A stretch of DNA of 64,000 nt from a virus. Below the pieces are notes generated by a model, which saw only the letters and a list, made by a program, of their open reading frames with translations, was not told the origin of the DNA and did no database searches. Position numbers and translations under genes: made by a program. The number at the start of each line of letters is the position of its first letter. Position 1 is the first letter of the stretch. This document shows, in pieces, positions 10,233-21,228 of this stretch. Location of the stretch: the IMG/VR virus record IMGVR_UViG_3300033553_000338, positions 32,001 to 96,000 of that record; one strand, given 5' to 3'.

Positions 10233-13200
10233 TTACGCTGAGAATGTTGTAACAATACCGTACACTTTAACTTCTTCCCCACTCTCGTACCGGATACTCA
10301 CCTTAATTGCGGAGTCCTGAAAGTGACGGAACTTCATCCTGCTCCAGGCATCCTGAGAAATAAACATCGGTTGAAGGCCTTTGCTCATGACAATCTCCAG
10401 TTTACCGGGAGAGTAGAAAGCATTGGCCCGGGAGATCGGATTGAATCTGCGGTCACGAACTTCCTGACGGAAAAACATGGCAGGGTACGTCACCGAACGA
10501 TCACCAAGAACTCCAAAATGGTTGAAGTATCCGGCCTCAGCCTCCTCCCATGATCCATATTTGCGGGTATCCGGAGCACTCATGACGTGATTGAGTAGTG
10601 GGTTATCCCCACTTAACACGTACATGATGTTGCTTGGAGTCGCATGGTTGCTGATCAGTGTCAGCATTTCAAAATTCTTTAGCATCGTAGGATTCTGCGC
10701 GATGGCCAGGGTAAACTCGACAACCGGGTCTTTCCCGTAAAAAGAACCAAACATCGGGATGGCAGGATTAAATCCTTCATGTTTCCAGATCAGTCTGCGA
10801 AGACTGTCCCCGGGTGCATAAAGTGATGAATTTACCCTCAATATCTCGGAGGAGCCCCCTGCGATAATTCCTGTCTCAATATCCTGAATAAATTTCAGCG
10901 TAGTGGAAGGAAGTTCAGCTGTATCCTGTTTATTCGCGATACTATACATTGTACCATTATGGTTGAACATGAACTCCGGTGCCACACTCCATCTGGTTAC
11001 CCAGATGTCCAGATCCTCGTTGTAGATGATAGTCACACAGTTGTTGATCTTGGAGTTAAAACCTGGTGCAATCTTCGCATAGATTTCAAGAAAAAGCTCC
11101 ACATACCGGATCCGATCCTCTCTCCGAAGATGGTTCATGGAATGATCCTCTCCATACCATCCCTCTTCGGCCCAGTGATACAGAAGATCCTTGGATTTAA
11201 CAAGGTCACCACCTGAGGTGGCCAGCCCTGCATTGTGCAGATTCTTCAAAAAGAAGTAAACATCGGGCTGCATCAGGGTATCGAAATTGGGATGCTGTGA
11301 ATCCTTGTCGTAAATCGTGAAAACCATTTCCCTTTTAGAGGAATCATAGAAAGAAGCAATGTAACGCTCCCCGGGGATTTCCGATTTACCTTTCATCTCG
11401 TACAGGAATCCTTTCAATAAAACTTCAATCCGATTATCCGAGATGATCTCAAACATGCTACCATCCGTTCTCCAGATTTTACCATGGTCCGCATCGATAC
11501 CGTACACGAAACGATCTGATTTCTCCACTGATCTGGGAAACTTACTCCCAAACTTCGCTGACAGCGGAGAAGGTTTTTCAGAAAGCACATTGGAAGACTT
11601 GGTGTACACCGGATTGTTTGGATCCCCGTTGACCAGTTCGCGATCATTCACCCCTACCAGGTACGTTCCCTTGGAGTGGACCACAATCAGGTTATTACGG
11701 TATTCAATCATCCGGTTGATTTCCCCCATCTCTGAGCCATACGTTTTGCTTGCAGCCAGATCGAAGTCACGATAGGCATTGTAAAAGGAATTCCGTGACA
11801 TGGTACCAGAGAAAGCTACAGTGTTTGCACCTTTCTTCGCGTAGAACGGAGCACTTCCGCTCACTGCGTAATACTTCCTTCCCTGAAAGTTATCCTTGAA
11901 TCCCTGGTTAAACGCTGTAGTCTCTTCCTGCTTGGCACCATTCGATATTCTCAACACACTGTCCGAAGCACCGGCTAATGGAAGAAACGTTCTGGGACCA
12001 CCATAAGAGGCTGATTCCGCTTCATCCTTAATCTCGTTATGACGGGCGTAGTTGAGGTAATTGGAGGCATGGGTAGCCATAATACTCATGGAAGCCGCAG
12101 CTGCGCGGTAACTGTTCGGTTCGGTAGTTCCCTGACCTAAACCGGTAAATTGAGGACTATTGGATGAAGGGGAACCGGAGATGGCCGGCAATGACCTTGC
12201 AACATTGTGTACCGTAGTGGTGATAAAACAGTCCCCACGGGTACCAAAGGCAACCGACACCCGCTTGTTGATGAAATCTTTCAACTTCATCTTCGGAGTG
12301 ATGGCAATATGCTGGTCATTGTTGTTGGATCCATAGATCACCTGCAGGGTTTCCTGTGAGATTGGTCCGGCAATGTCCGGATACAAGTCATAGAAACCAG
12401 TCTTTAATTCTTCTTTAGCTGAACACCCCACATACGGGGTATAAGCACCAGTCAGATAGGTCAGCACTTGCTGTCCTTCCTCGTTGGTAATGATCCGGCC
12501 AAGAGATCTGAATGGAATCAGACTTGAAAATCCTCCCGGGCTACGGGTATTCTGTCCGTATGCGCGAAAGTCAGGAACTACCTTGATAGCAGTCTTGGTA
12601 TTCTCCGTCATTAGCTTGGAAGGTTTCAAGGCTTGCAGGATATGCTCATCCCTGGTTTCAAATCCAAGGCTACTCACATCCTCAACATCCGAAAGATACC
12701 TAAGAATGTTACGGGTAGAGGTAAACCTTGAGTAGGAGCTCGTATCAATTGAACTGACCAGACTCATCCCAAAGGGCTTACCGTTAAAGTCAGCAGCTGC
12801 CTGAGCAAAGTTTCCAAAAATATCACCAGACTTCAGCCAATACTTGTACACCGGGACCTTATCGACAAACTCATTGTATTGGTAGTTGTCCTCATAAGAT
12901 TCCGAAGCACTCTTATCGGAAACCATGCTTGCGATAAAGGCACCGGCATGGTTATATTCTTTGATTCCCCAGTTCATGTCATCCCCTGACAAGGAAACAC
13001 AATGCTCATAGGCCATGATACCCAGTCCTGTAAACAGGGAAGGTACACAGGCTTTGAAAGAGTTCACGGAGTTGTTCACCGTTGGGATGTATTTCGTGGG
13101 ATCCTCATCCCTGATCACTGTCTTATCAGTCAAGGTACTGTGTACCGGCCCAAGGAAAGCTTGCATCAAAATGTCAGGCCTTCTTTTTGAACGGGTAAAG

Positions 13201-16200
13201 AAAAATCCCTTGAACTGATCCAGAAATCCTGGGTACTCTTCACTCATCTTGTTCAAGTCGAACACGAATTTCGGAAAGAATACCTGGTTCGGTTTCCGTT
13301 GTTTAGGGAATCTACAAACTCCAAGGTTGTTGAAGGTGTAATTGCCGCTGGTGAACCAAGATCCATCAGAAGGGTTATTACTCTCCTCTCTGGATTGGTT
13401 GAAAGATTCAATAACCTCCTTGTTATTGTCGAACATCAGCGGGTTGAAATCCATCCCGATGTAATCAGCCCCGGTAATGGGTATTGGCCGGGTGATAAAG
13501 TTGTTGTTGGAGATGAAGGAAACACTGTAAACATAGGTTTCTTTGGGCCAGTACGCGGCATACCTCTCCACAAACAGGGGATTGTGGTATCCCTGTGTAC
13601 GTGATAAGTTTAACGTTTCCTGAATATCCAGGATGTTTTGGGAATCCAACGAGCCTGATCTGAATTTCTTCAGCTTCTCATTGTAAAAACTGGTAGAGAA
13701 GGTCTGCAGGTTCACATCCTCAGAATCCCCGGGCCAGGCTTCCATGAAGTCTGTAAATTTGTTTCGATCATTCCCCATGGATGGGGTCACAATGATGGAG
13801 GTTCCAACCTTGAATAACTTGTTGTAATCGATATCCTCATGGGTAAAGTTTCCAACGATAAGCCGGTTCTGGATCTGTGCAATGGTTTTGATGGAGCTGA
13901 TCGGTAATTTTTGCTCATCCAGTTTGGCAGCTGGGGCAACCTCACGGGGTTCAAATCCTGTCAAGGTAATCCCCACCTCTGGGCCTTTTATAAGATACTG
14001 ATAATTAACTTTATAAAAGTTTTTCACCAATTGATTGACACCGGTGGCCAGGTCAATGTAGACATTTACGTGATTGAAATAATTGTCAATCCCCGTTAAA
14101 GCAACCTTGATAGCCTTGGTCGTTCTTGATGCTGTCTCCCCTCCCTGGATGGACCCAAGGGTATCACCAAACATGATGGGGATCAGGCCGGTTTCGGCTA
14201 TGAAGTCAGTCTCATTCCCGTCCACCGTTGACAAGGTGAACAGCAGCTTATATCCACCAACCTCAAGACAACCCCCACTGGAGGTTACTTCCAAAACTTC
14301 CGATTGTGGAATAGCATCTTCGGTTTGTACCAGACGGGTAGAAATTTCAACAGTTTCAGAAAAGTATCGGTTGCTTTCTTTGCCCCCGGACCTGCGGACA
14401 ATTTCATATTCAGAATCTTTTCGTGCGGAAAATCCGGAGTTAATCACCCTTGGGGCATGCTCCCCGTCAGTAAAAATTACATTCACCGAACCATCGTACA
14501 CGGGCTGGATTTCCAGCTCCACATAGGAATTCCCGGATAGCTTGATCTGGTCCGTGATGAACGCGGCCTCGTTTAAGTTTTGCAGTGGTTGGTACACCTC
14601 AATCAGTTTGCCCTTAGGATGGCCGTAGTAAGGTGAAGGGAACGTTCCGATCTCCAGGTTGTACCAATTCCCTTTAAAGTTTTCTGTGACCAGGATAGAC
14701 GATCTGACGATACGTTTGAAGTAAGTCGTGCTGTCCTTGGTCTGCCGGCCTGATAAATAAGTCAACCCACCGATGTACAATTCATCCCGGTCATTGCTGT
14801 TCACGGCATAAATGTTTAGAGTTCCTTCATGTCCCATGACTTGATTCAGCGGGATCCTTGTTTCAGTATCTCCATTAATCGTTGCAATGGGAACCAGGTT
14901 GTGAATATTTTTCTCATCCAGGTAGGTGTACGGAGATATAAAAATGTTATAACCTCCGCTTGCATTCGAGGGATCGTGTACAGTCACCAATAGGTCGAAA
15001 TTAGAGACTTTCTTGTCCCCGGACATATCAACGCTCACCTGAAGCTCTAAGTCCTCAAATTTACGAGTAGAATCCACTGTGATCGATTTCTTTGCGTACA
15101 GGTACTTCCCGGATTGGAATCTCCGGACATACAGGCTGTAACTTCCGGGAGGAAGTCCATAGATTACCCCGTTTCCATCCGGATCCACCGGCCTGAAATC
15201 GGAGTAGTCGATAGCAAATTCATACCCGCTATCCTCCACCGGCTTGGATCCGATAGCCCAAGAAGCTACTGCAGGGTCATTGGCCCGGGAATCCACCTTG
15301 AACGTGTCGATACGGTTATCAAACCGGTACATCGACAACCCTGTCCATACTTTTGTGATGGTGAAGCGGTAGTACCCACCTGACCAACTACCTAAATAGT
15401 AAGCATTTCTTGGAGCTACCCTAAACCAGACGTAGTATTTATAGTCTGTAAGTTTCTTTGAAATATTGGCCACATCAACAGAGAAGGAAGTTTCCGCAGT
15501 TGTCCCTAAAGACTTCCACTCCGCTTCGCTGGCTACCTGGTGATTTGCATTATCTGAAACCACGTACTGCACCTCATACGCATTTACGTTGGAATCATTA
15601 GGTTTTGTCCAGGAGAATTGGGCCGAGTATGATTTTAAGGCCGTAGTCTTTGTTTTCAGTGAAGGGATGTTTGCAGGGTAAGTCAACAGCTCCCCGGGCA
15701 CAAGGTTTTCAACCGCTGTGATAATCTCCACCTTCCCGTTTGAATGTAAGTTAGAAGTGGCCGGAGTGACTACGACAGATTTTAACAAGGTGTTGAGGTT
15801 GCTGTATATATCGGATACCAGCGCATCTTTGGTTTCTACAAGGTGAGTTGTAGTAGAATAGGCACTTGCTTCCAGGGACAGTTTGACCTCCCCTTTAGAT
15901 CTGGCCTCTCCCTGAATCTCCAAGTGAATCTGGTCACCTTTCTTTAAGTCCCGAAGCGTTACAGATCCATTCTTGGATATAGAGGAAGATCCGCGATACT
16001 TATCCCCAATCAACCAATCCTCATTACGGTAAGGGATAACATCACTAGGGTACCCGGGGGTATACTCACTTCCATCCTCACGTTCCACACGAAGACGGGC
16101 ATATACGGCAACATGTCTCCAGCTTTTGTGCTTCATCTTTGCCTCTGCAGTTGCAGTAACATTGAATACGTAATTCCCGTCTGCAGGGATCTTATCTCCA

Positions 16201-17123
16201 ACAGGGGTTTTCTGTATTGGGGAATAAACCCAGGTATCACTTAACAATCCACCCCATCCGGAAAATCCACCCATGTTTGCGGTTTCCATGGTAATAGGCA
16301 TTGTTTCAGTGATATCACTGGTATGAGTCAACTTGTCCCTGTCAGCCTCACTGGAATCCTCTGGGTCGGGCTCCGGATTAAATTGCGCTTGATTAATGGA
16401 GTCGTTGTTCCACTGATCGTATGGCGTGATGCCTACATTGTTGGAGCTAACCACCGGAGTTGTTTTATAGTCCGGGTCTGCAATTATAAAGTAGGTGATG
16501 TTGTTGAATGTCTTTGTTCCTAATATGATCTTATCTTCTGACGGTCCCACATTCTCACTTTCGTTGGAAGTCATCTCGGAGAAATAATCGATGGTGCCTA
16601 CCTGGTATCCAATTACCGGAACTCCGTGAACCTGATAATCGATGGAAGCAATGTACTTATCCGGGTTTACTCCAAGCTTAAAGCGGTCACCCTCTGAGTA
16701 CAGGTGCAGTAAAATTGTTTCTACATAAGCAGCGGAGCCATCGGTATAGCTCACAGTGATATCCATGTAGTAATTGTCCAGGCCCTTAAGCTTACTGAGC
16801 ATGTCGGTTCCAGGAGCATATACAAAATAGGACTCCTTGAATTTTACAGGATCCGCACCCATGTCCACTGAAGAGGCTATATCTCTTGTCAGGAGCTCCT
16901 TCTGAAACATCTCAACAACGTTATCCGTTTTGTTGTAATGCTTCTGGTACAGGGAAGTGACCGGGATGGTAGACTTGAGGGACTGGTAAACAAACTTACT
17001 CCCACTCTCCGGAGAGATGGTTACGTTCACGGCATCCAGTAAGGTATCCGGCTGAATTTTAGCCATGTCCCTGTCTGAGATTATCCCGCTGAGAAGGTTA
17101 TTCTCGCTTGTATTTCTTTGCAT
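10233..17123 (-). CDS. tail muzzle / tail stabilisation protein (crAss Tstab-like) with inserted FN3-containing region
   Basis: 2296 aa; N-terminal ENNLLSGIISD...LLDAVN, EIGTFPSP, YDGSVNVIFTDG..PRVINSGF motifs typical of crAss-like stabilisation proteins; follows IHF-like and ring genes. Confidence 0.8.
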   Translation of the reverse strand: MQRNTSENNLLSGIISDRDMAKIQPDTLLDAVNVTISPESGSKFVYQSLKSTIPVTSLYQKHYNKTDNVVEMFQKELLTRDIASSVDMGADPVKFKESYFVYAPGTDMLSKLKGLDNYYMDITVSYTDGSAAYVETILLHLYSEGDRFKLGVNPDKYIASIDYQVHGVPVIGYQVGTIDYFSEMTSNESENVGPSEDKIILGTKTFNNITYFIIADPDYKTTPVVSSNNVGITPYDQWNNDSINQAQFNPEPDPEDSSEADRDKLTHTSDITETMPITMETANMGGFSGWGGLLSDTWVYSPIQKTPVGDKIPADGNYVFNVTATAEAKMKHKSWRHVAVYARLRVEREDGSEYTPGYPSDVIPYRNEDWLIGDKYRGSSSISKNGSVTLRDLKKGDQIHLEIQGEARSKGEVKLSLEASAYSTTTHLVETKDALVSDIYSNLNTLLKSVVVTPATSNLHSNGKVEIITAVENLVPGELLTYPANIPSLKTKTTALKSYSAQFSWTKPNDSNVNAYEVQYVVSDNANHQVASEAEWKSLGTTAETSFSVDVANISKKLTDYKYYVWFRVAPRNAYYLGSWSGGYYRFTITKVWTGLSMYRFDNRIDTFKVDSRANDPAVASWAIGSKPVEDSGYEFAIDYSDFRPVDPDGNGVIYGLPPGSYSLYVRRFQSGKYLYAKKSITVDSTRKFEDLELQVSVDMSGDKKVSNFDLLVTVHDPSNASGGYNIFISPYTYLDEKNIHNLVPIATINGDTETRIPLNQVMGHEGTLNIYAVNSNDRDELYIGGLTYLSGRQTKDSTTYFKRIVRSSILVTENFKGNWYNLEIGTFPSPYYGHPKGKLIEVYQPLQNLNEAAFITDQIKLSGNSYVELEIQPVYDGSVNVIFTDGEHAPRVINSGFSARKDSEYEIVRRSGGKESNRYFSETVEISTRLVQTEDAIPQSEVLEVTSSGGCLEVGGYKLLFTLSTVDGNETDFIAETGLIPIMFGDTLGSIQGGETASRTTKAIKVALTGIDNYFNHVNVYIDLATGVNQLVKNFYKVNYQYLIKGPEVGITLTGFEPREVAPAAKLDEQKLPISSIKTIAQIQNRLIVGNFTHEDIDYNKLFKVGTSIIVTPSMGNDRNKFTDFMEAWPGDSEDVNLQTFSTSFYNEKLKKFRSGSLDSQNILDIQETLNLSRTQGYHNPLFVERYAAYWPKETYVYSVSFISNNNFITRPIPITGADYIGMDFNPLMFDNNKEVIESFNQSREESNNPSDGSWFTSGNYTFNNLGVCRFPKQRKPNQVFFPKFVFDLNKMSEEYPGFLDQFKGFFFTRSKRRPDILMQAFLGPVHSTLTDKTVIRDEDPTKYIPTVNNSVNSFKACVPSLFTGLGIMAYEHCVSLSGDDMNWGIKEYNHAGAFIASMVSDKSASESYEDNYQYNEFVDKVPVYKYWLKSGDIFGNFAQAAADFNGKPFGMSLVSSIDTSSYSRFTSTRNILRYLSDVEDVSSLGFETRDEHILQALKPSKLMTENTKTAIKVVPDFRAYGQNTRSPGGFSSLIPFRSLGRIITNEEGQQVLTYLTGAYTPYVGCSAKEELKTGFYDLYPDIAGPISQETLQVIYGSNNNDQHIAITPKMKLKDFINKRVSVAFGTRGDCFITTTVHNVARSLPAISGSPSSNSPQFTGLGQGTTEPNSYRAAAASMSIMATHASNYLNYARHNEIKDEAESASYGGPRTFLPLAGASDSVLRISNGAKQEETTAFNQGFKDNFQGRKYYAVSGSAPFYAKKGANTVAFSGTMSRNSFYNAYRDFDLAASKTYGSEMGEINRMIEYRNNLIVVHSKGTYLVGVNDRELVNGDPNNPVYTKSSNVLSEKPSPLSAKFGSKFPRSVEKSDRFVYGIDADHGKIWRTDGSMFEIISDNRIEVLLKGFLYEMKGKSEIPGERYIASFYDSSKREMVFTIYDKDSQHPNFDTLMQPDVYFFLKNLHNAGLATSGGDLVKSKDLLYHWAEEGWYGEDHSMNHLRREDRIRYVELFLEIYAKIAPGFNSKINNCVTIIYNEDLDIWVTRWSVAPEFMFNHNGTMYSIANKQDTAELPSTTLKFIQDIETGIIAGGSSEILRVNSSLYAPGDSLRRLIWKHEGFNPAIPMFGSFYGKDPVVEFTLAIAQNPTMLKNFEMLTLISNHATPSNIMYVLSGDNPLLNHVMSAPDTRKYGSWEEAEAGYFNHFGVLGDRSVTYPAMFFRQEVRDRRFNPISRANAFYSPGKLEIVMSKGLQPMFISQDAWSRMKFRHFQDSAIKVSIRYESGEEVKVYGIVTTFSA

Positions 17124-17400
17124 ATTGCTCTTTTTTAGACTCTCGTAAATTATTCAGCCGAAGCTTGTTGATGAAATATCGCTCTTTCTTTGACTCCGCT
17201 GTCCGCTGGCTCCTGTAAAAAATGATCCGGTACTTGTCAAAGTTCGCGTTGTTACTTTCTAAACGGACATCGTGGTCCCGGTGAATCAAAGACTGGAGAT
17301 TGGACATCCCTTTCTTTACAATCTTGATAATGGACTCTCGCTCGATGTCGGGATACATGCTTTGCAGATCCTCAATATAATTCTTGTAATTTTTTACCAT
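17098..17400 (-). CDS. IHF/HU-like protein
   Basis: Small basic protein with helical N-terminus then beta-arm; tandem with 152-aa gene upstream of muzzle, as in crAss-like gene order. Confidence 0.5.
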   Translation of the reverse strand: MVKNYKNYIEDLQSMYPDIERESIIKIVKKGMSNLQSLIHRDHDVRLESNNANFDKYRIIFYRSQRTAESKKERYFINKLRLNNLRESKKEQYAKKYKRE

Positions 17401-17852
17401 ACTCCAATGTTGTTGCTGTACCGTTTTCCTTCATGGAGATTTCGCATCATCTTGGAATACCGTTGTTTATCGAAAATTACCCTAAACTTGTGGCTTGATC
17501 TGTTGGAAGACTTAAATCGGTAAGTAGGTGCATGAGGGGCCTCAACCATTGCATTGTCAAAGGTTTCCATCTGGTTGTTCTCACGCATACGCTTGAGGGC
17601 AAACTCCGGAATCTTCTCAATATATAGCTTCGCATCGTATGCCGGGAACTCAAACACATCACCTTCCACAACATCATCCATCACCAGGTTCATAAAACTG
17701 TGGAACACCCCACGAGCAAGCCGGCATTTATCTGACTTACCATAAGTACGGGCCAGTCTTCCCTTTCCCTTCACAAAGTCATACTTCTCGTAATCAGGGA
17801 ACAGATCCCCTACCCTGGCCATGTGGTTTTTATGGTGTATTTTCTTATCCAT
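17394..17852 (-). CDS. IHF/HU-like protein
   Basis: VFHSFMNLVMDDVVEGDVFEFP is HU/IHF-like; basic; crAss-like synteny. Confidence 0.55.
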   Translation of the reverse strand: MDKKIHHKNHMARVGDLFPDYEKYDFVKGKGRLARTYGKSDKCRLARGVFHSFMNLVMDDVVEGDVFEFPAYDAKLYIEKIPEFALKRMRENNQMETFDNAMVEAPHAPTYRFKSSNRSSHKFRVIFDKQRYSKMMRNLHEGKRYSNNIGVW

Positions 17853-17869
17853 TAAGGATTAATATACGA

Positions 17870-17897
17870 AAAAAGCCGGACTTAAGGAAGCCGGCTT
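17870..17897 (-). terminator. intrinsic terminator
   Basis: AAGCCGG...CCGGCTT hairpin next to an A-run; near-identical copy at 19400-19429. Confidence 0.65.
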
Positions 17898-17916
17898 CTA
17901 TGAATTACGCTAGTAA

Positions 17917-18630
17917 TTACTGTAATTTGAAATCCTGGTTATACACCTTGCGGTCGTGCGATGCCCGGACATCCAGTAATTCGTTCCATTGGTTGTCTGT
18001 AATGTAATCCGGAACCCGTGATTGAGCTGTCTTTTTGGATGCTTCCGATTTGAAGTACTTCAGTTTGTTGACATCCTTTAAGCAACCCATGATCAGCTGC
18101 TTTTCCAGGAACATGACAATGGTCTGGTAGGCAAAGGCAATCACTTGCTTTTCGGTAAGCAGCGGAGATCCTGCCTCATCCAGGTACGGAGCTGTCCCAA
18201 CCACGTAGATTTCCCGATCTGTCAGAAGCTCCGAAACGTACAGCGTGGATCCCCCGTCAAAACGAAAGTCCACATACTCCCCTGTTACCTTACCCGATGT
18301 ACTCGAAAAGTCGGTCTTACTGCCCCCAAGCTTATTGGTGGATACAATAAAATCCTCACTGCCCAGGGTCTGAACAGATTTCCAGTCATTATACAGGTAG
18401 GCATTGGTGGTCACGGATTTGATGAATTTGAAATCAACAGGGAGATCGACAACACCCCCTTCGCCTACCATGCATGGGGTCTTTGTAATTGCCTGTACGG
18501 GTCTTACAAGGTTGCGGACAATGTATGAAAAGTCCAGAAAGTCATCGTAATTCATGACAATCCCTTGCTGGGTTATCAGTGCATAGGCCACTTCCAGCGG
18601 CTGATCAGGTGGTGTTGCTCTATTCTCCAT
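17917..18630 (-). CDS. tail tubular/ring protein
   Basis: VDLPVDFKFIKSV and YLDEAGSPLL motifs of P22 gp4-like crAss ring proteins; synteny. Confidence 0.65.
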   Translation of the reverse strand: MENRATPPDQPLEVAYALITQQGIVMNYDDFLDFSYIVRNLVRPVQAITKTPCMVGEGGVVDLPVDFKFIKSVTTNAYLYNDWKSVQTLGSEDFIVSTNKLGGSKTDFSSTSGKVTGEYVDFRFDGGSTLYVSELLTDREIYVVGTAPYLDEAGSPLLTEKQVIAFAYQTIVMFLEKQLIMGCLKDVNKLKYFKSEASKKTAQSRVPDYITDNQWNELLDVRASHDRKVYNQDFKLQ

Positions 18631-18632
18631 GT

Positions 18633-19373
18633 TTAGCTGATTTTATCGGCCATGTCTGAAGCTTGAATTGGTGCGTTCATTTGCCGGTAGTAAGTAAGAT
18701 ATCGTTGGGTGATGGTTTCTATAATCTGCAGGATGAGCTGGTCCGGAGCTGCCAAGGCAACTATGTCCTCAACAATACCGTTGGCTACCTGGCAGCACTT
18801 GTATTCATAGATTGCATAAGGATCCCGAAACACTGCTGTAAGGGCAATGGATTTCAGGTACTCCGGAATATTGTATAGATAAGCTTTGTGGTATCCTTGC
18901 TCTGCAGATCCCAGTACCGCGTAGGGCCTGGCTGCTGAAGGTAACAATACCCTGGCCCGATGGCTCTCCCCAAAGTAAATCTTCCAGCTGTACCTGGTCC
19001 TCCGGGAATCCCCAAAGAAGGAATACAGCGGCATGCTTCCTATGCGGAGCATTTCCGGGATACGGACATATTTCACAAGGCTCCCCTCCTCATCAATTTC
19101 AAAACCACTCCCCTCACAACAATCCGATGGATCCCCTTCCAGGATATCCAAACATCCTACGGATTGACTGGCTGGGGTCATCTGAAAACCTTTGGCACAG
19201 GGGCTCCCGTCCGGGGAAAATCCTGCGGTAACCAACGTATTTCTTAACAGCTTAATCTCCTGACGAAGCTGCTCCTTCGGGATGGGTGTATTAGGACTCC
19301 CATGGAGCCCGTCCAGAACATTGTTCATGATTGCATCTGCAATGGCAGATTCTGACCAAACTATCTCATTCAT
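18633..19373 (-). CDS. tail ring/adaptor structural protein
   Basis: 246 aa, LTAVFRDP motif, position between capsid and tail genes. Confidence 0.55.
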   Translation of the reverse strand: MNEIVWSESAIADAIMNNVLDGLHGSPNTPIPKEQLRQEIKLLRNTLVTAGFSPDGSPCAKGFQMTPASQSVGCLDILEGDPSDCCEGSGFEIDEEGSLVKYVRIPEMLRIGSMPLYSFFGDSRRTRYSWKIYFGESHRARVLLPSAARPYAVLGSAEQGYHKAYLYNIPEYLKSIALTAVFRDPYAIYEYKCCQVANGIVEDIVALAAPDQLILQIIETITQRYLTYYRQMNAPIQASDMADKIS

Positions 19374-19399
19374 ACTTAATGGTTATGATTTAATATACG

Positions 19400-19429
19400 A
19401 AAAAAGCCGGACTTATTAAAGCCCGGCTT
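19400..19429 (-). terminator. intrinsic terminator
   Basis: AAGCCGG...CCGGCTT hairpin with A-run, directly abutting the late motif at 19391. Confidence 0.65.
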
Positions 19430-19453
19430 GATTTCTTGATTATGTAAAAAAAA

Positions 19454-20317
19454 TTATGGAATCAGAGGGTCCACAATCGGAGTCCATCCTTGCGGAGACT
19501 TCGCGCCAATGGCGTTCAGAGTTTCCCACAAAACTTCTTCCTGAGATTTCAAAAGGAAAATGCAAAAAGATGCGGTTCCTTTCAAACGGTCGTACATACC
19601 CTGAACTTCATGGTTGTAAGACATCGGAATCTCAAAATAGAACTCGTGATACAGGGCCGATTTGATCGGACGGTCTGAACTCAACTCTGCAGTTGGATGA
19701 ACAGTTGCAGCGGTATCCAGGAATTCGTTTTCTTCCAGGTCTTTGCCAGATCCTACAGCGTATGCAGGGGCAGTAGTAACTGCGATAGCGCAAGCTACTA
19801 AACCAGGAAGTTCCGACTGGGTTTCCACGGCAACCACTTTGGGCTCGTAATTGAATCCGCGATGTGCGTTAATCACTTTGCTGAATTCGTCTTCCATAGT
19901 GAAGATAATCTCAGCACCTGCACCGGTTACTGCGAAAGGCAGATCACCAAATTCATCTTCCTGCAGCTGCTTACGCAGTTCAGCAGCGATGTCAGCAGCG
20001 GTTGCACCGGCAATTGCTCGTACATTGTATACAAATTCGCGTCCCGGAGTTGTTTTAAACCGGGCATTCTCCGATGCATAACGGGTAGTCTCGTAACCAA
20101 ATACGAAAGTGATATTACTGGCCACTGCAGGAGCACCTGTAATGGTTGCAGTGAATACCCCTTTAGTAGCGGCAGCTCCATTTGCAGCGGCCACGTTTAC
20201 CATGTCAGCTACAGTGAACTCACCGAAACCGGGAATTCTGAGAAAAGTTGCATCACCAGTTGCACCCCAAGATGCCAAATCGTTAATCAATACTTGTTTT
20301 GTTCCTAAAGTCGCCAT
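19454..20317 (-). CDS. putative auxiliary capsid/structural protein
   Basis: 287 aa, Ala/Thr-rich beta character, two genes downstream of MCP, strong terminator follows. Confidence 0.5.
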   Translation of the reverse strand: MATLGTKQVLINDLASWGATGDATFLRIPGFGEFTVADMVNVAAANGAAATKGVFTATITGAPAVASNITFVFGYETTRYASENARFKTTPGREFVYNVRAIAGATAADIAAELRKQLQEDEFGDLPFAVTGAGAEIIFTMEDEFSKVINAHRGFNYEPKVVAVETQSELPGLVACAIAVTTAPAYAVGSGKDLEENEFLDTAATVHPTAELSSDRPIKSALYHEFYFEIPMSYNHEVQGMYDRLKGTASFCIFLLKSQEEVLWETLNAIGAKSPQGWTPIVDPLIP

Positions 20318-20335
20318 GTTTTATAGTTTTAGCGA

Positions 20336-21157
20336 TTAATCTACTTGCTGCTTTGTTCTCGGTCCCTTCTTAGTGGTGGCAGCAGCTTCGCCATACACTT
20401 CAGGATTAATTTCTTTTTTGATCTGATTTAAGATCTCTGTGTTTGAAGGATTCTGAAGGTAGCTGATCACAGCATCTTCGTTACCTCCCAGCGGCATGGT
20501 ACCATAAATGAATACCCCGTTTTTCTTTTCAATGACTCCCAGGTCACACGCTCTGTAGAATACCAGAGTCGTAGCAGCTGATCCCTTCTCATACACATCC
20601 AGTACCCGTGCAACTCCATCACGCTCCCGTAAAAGGTGAAGCAGGAATTTTTTGGCACTACCAGGAGATTCCCCGGCCATATCGATACCCAACAGACGGG
20701 CACGGCCAATCAACAGTTCAGGACTATCCTTGTGGACGTACTCCTGGGCTTTGAAGAATCTATCTTCAGTCTCCAGCTCTTTCTGGACCTCAACATCCTC
20801 GTTGAAAACGTAAAACAAAGCATCCTTGGATTGCTGAGCATCATCGAAGCTCATGGCAATTTTTGGATCATGTTGGGCCATGGCCCATAACATACGGTCT
20901 TCGAACCGTTCCAGGTTAAACTGGTAATCATTACGGGCAGTGAAGTGTGTTTTACCAGTGGTAAAAAAGGTCAATTTTTTCTTGTCTTCATCACTAAGTA
21001 CCGGAACGCCTAATAGCCTACCTGTACTGCGGTCCTTTGTGGGTTCAATACGTGCCTTTTGCTCTTTGAAGAACAAGGTCTTTAGCGTGATGATTCCCGT
21101 TTCAGGAATTCCCCTCAGCACATCCTGCGCTGAAATGGGTAAATCTTTCATTTCCAT
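20336..21157 (-). CDS. conserved crAss-like capsid-module protein (gene downstream of MCP)
   Basis: C-terminal GVIEKKNGVFIYG..PLG.NEDAVISYL.NP.N motif; synteny. Confidence 0.6.
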   Translation of the reverse strand: MEMKDLPISAQDVLRGIPETGIITLKTLFFKEQKARIEPTKDRSTGRLLGVPVLSDEDKKKLTFFTTGKTHFTARNDYQFNLERFEDRMLWAMAQHDPKIAMSFDDAQQSKDALFYVFNEDVEVQKELETEDRFFKAQEYVHKDSPELLIGRARLLGIDMAGESPGSAKKFLLHLLRERDGVARVLDVYEKGSAATTLVFYRACDLGVIEKKNGVFIYGTMPLGGNEDAVISYLQNPSNTEILNQIKKEINPEVYGEAAATTKKGPRTKQQVD

Positions 21158-21228
21158 ATAAATTGCATTTAAACATTAAACATTTTTTCTTTTCACTAAT
21201 TTAATCATTATTCTCTATTATACGAAAC

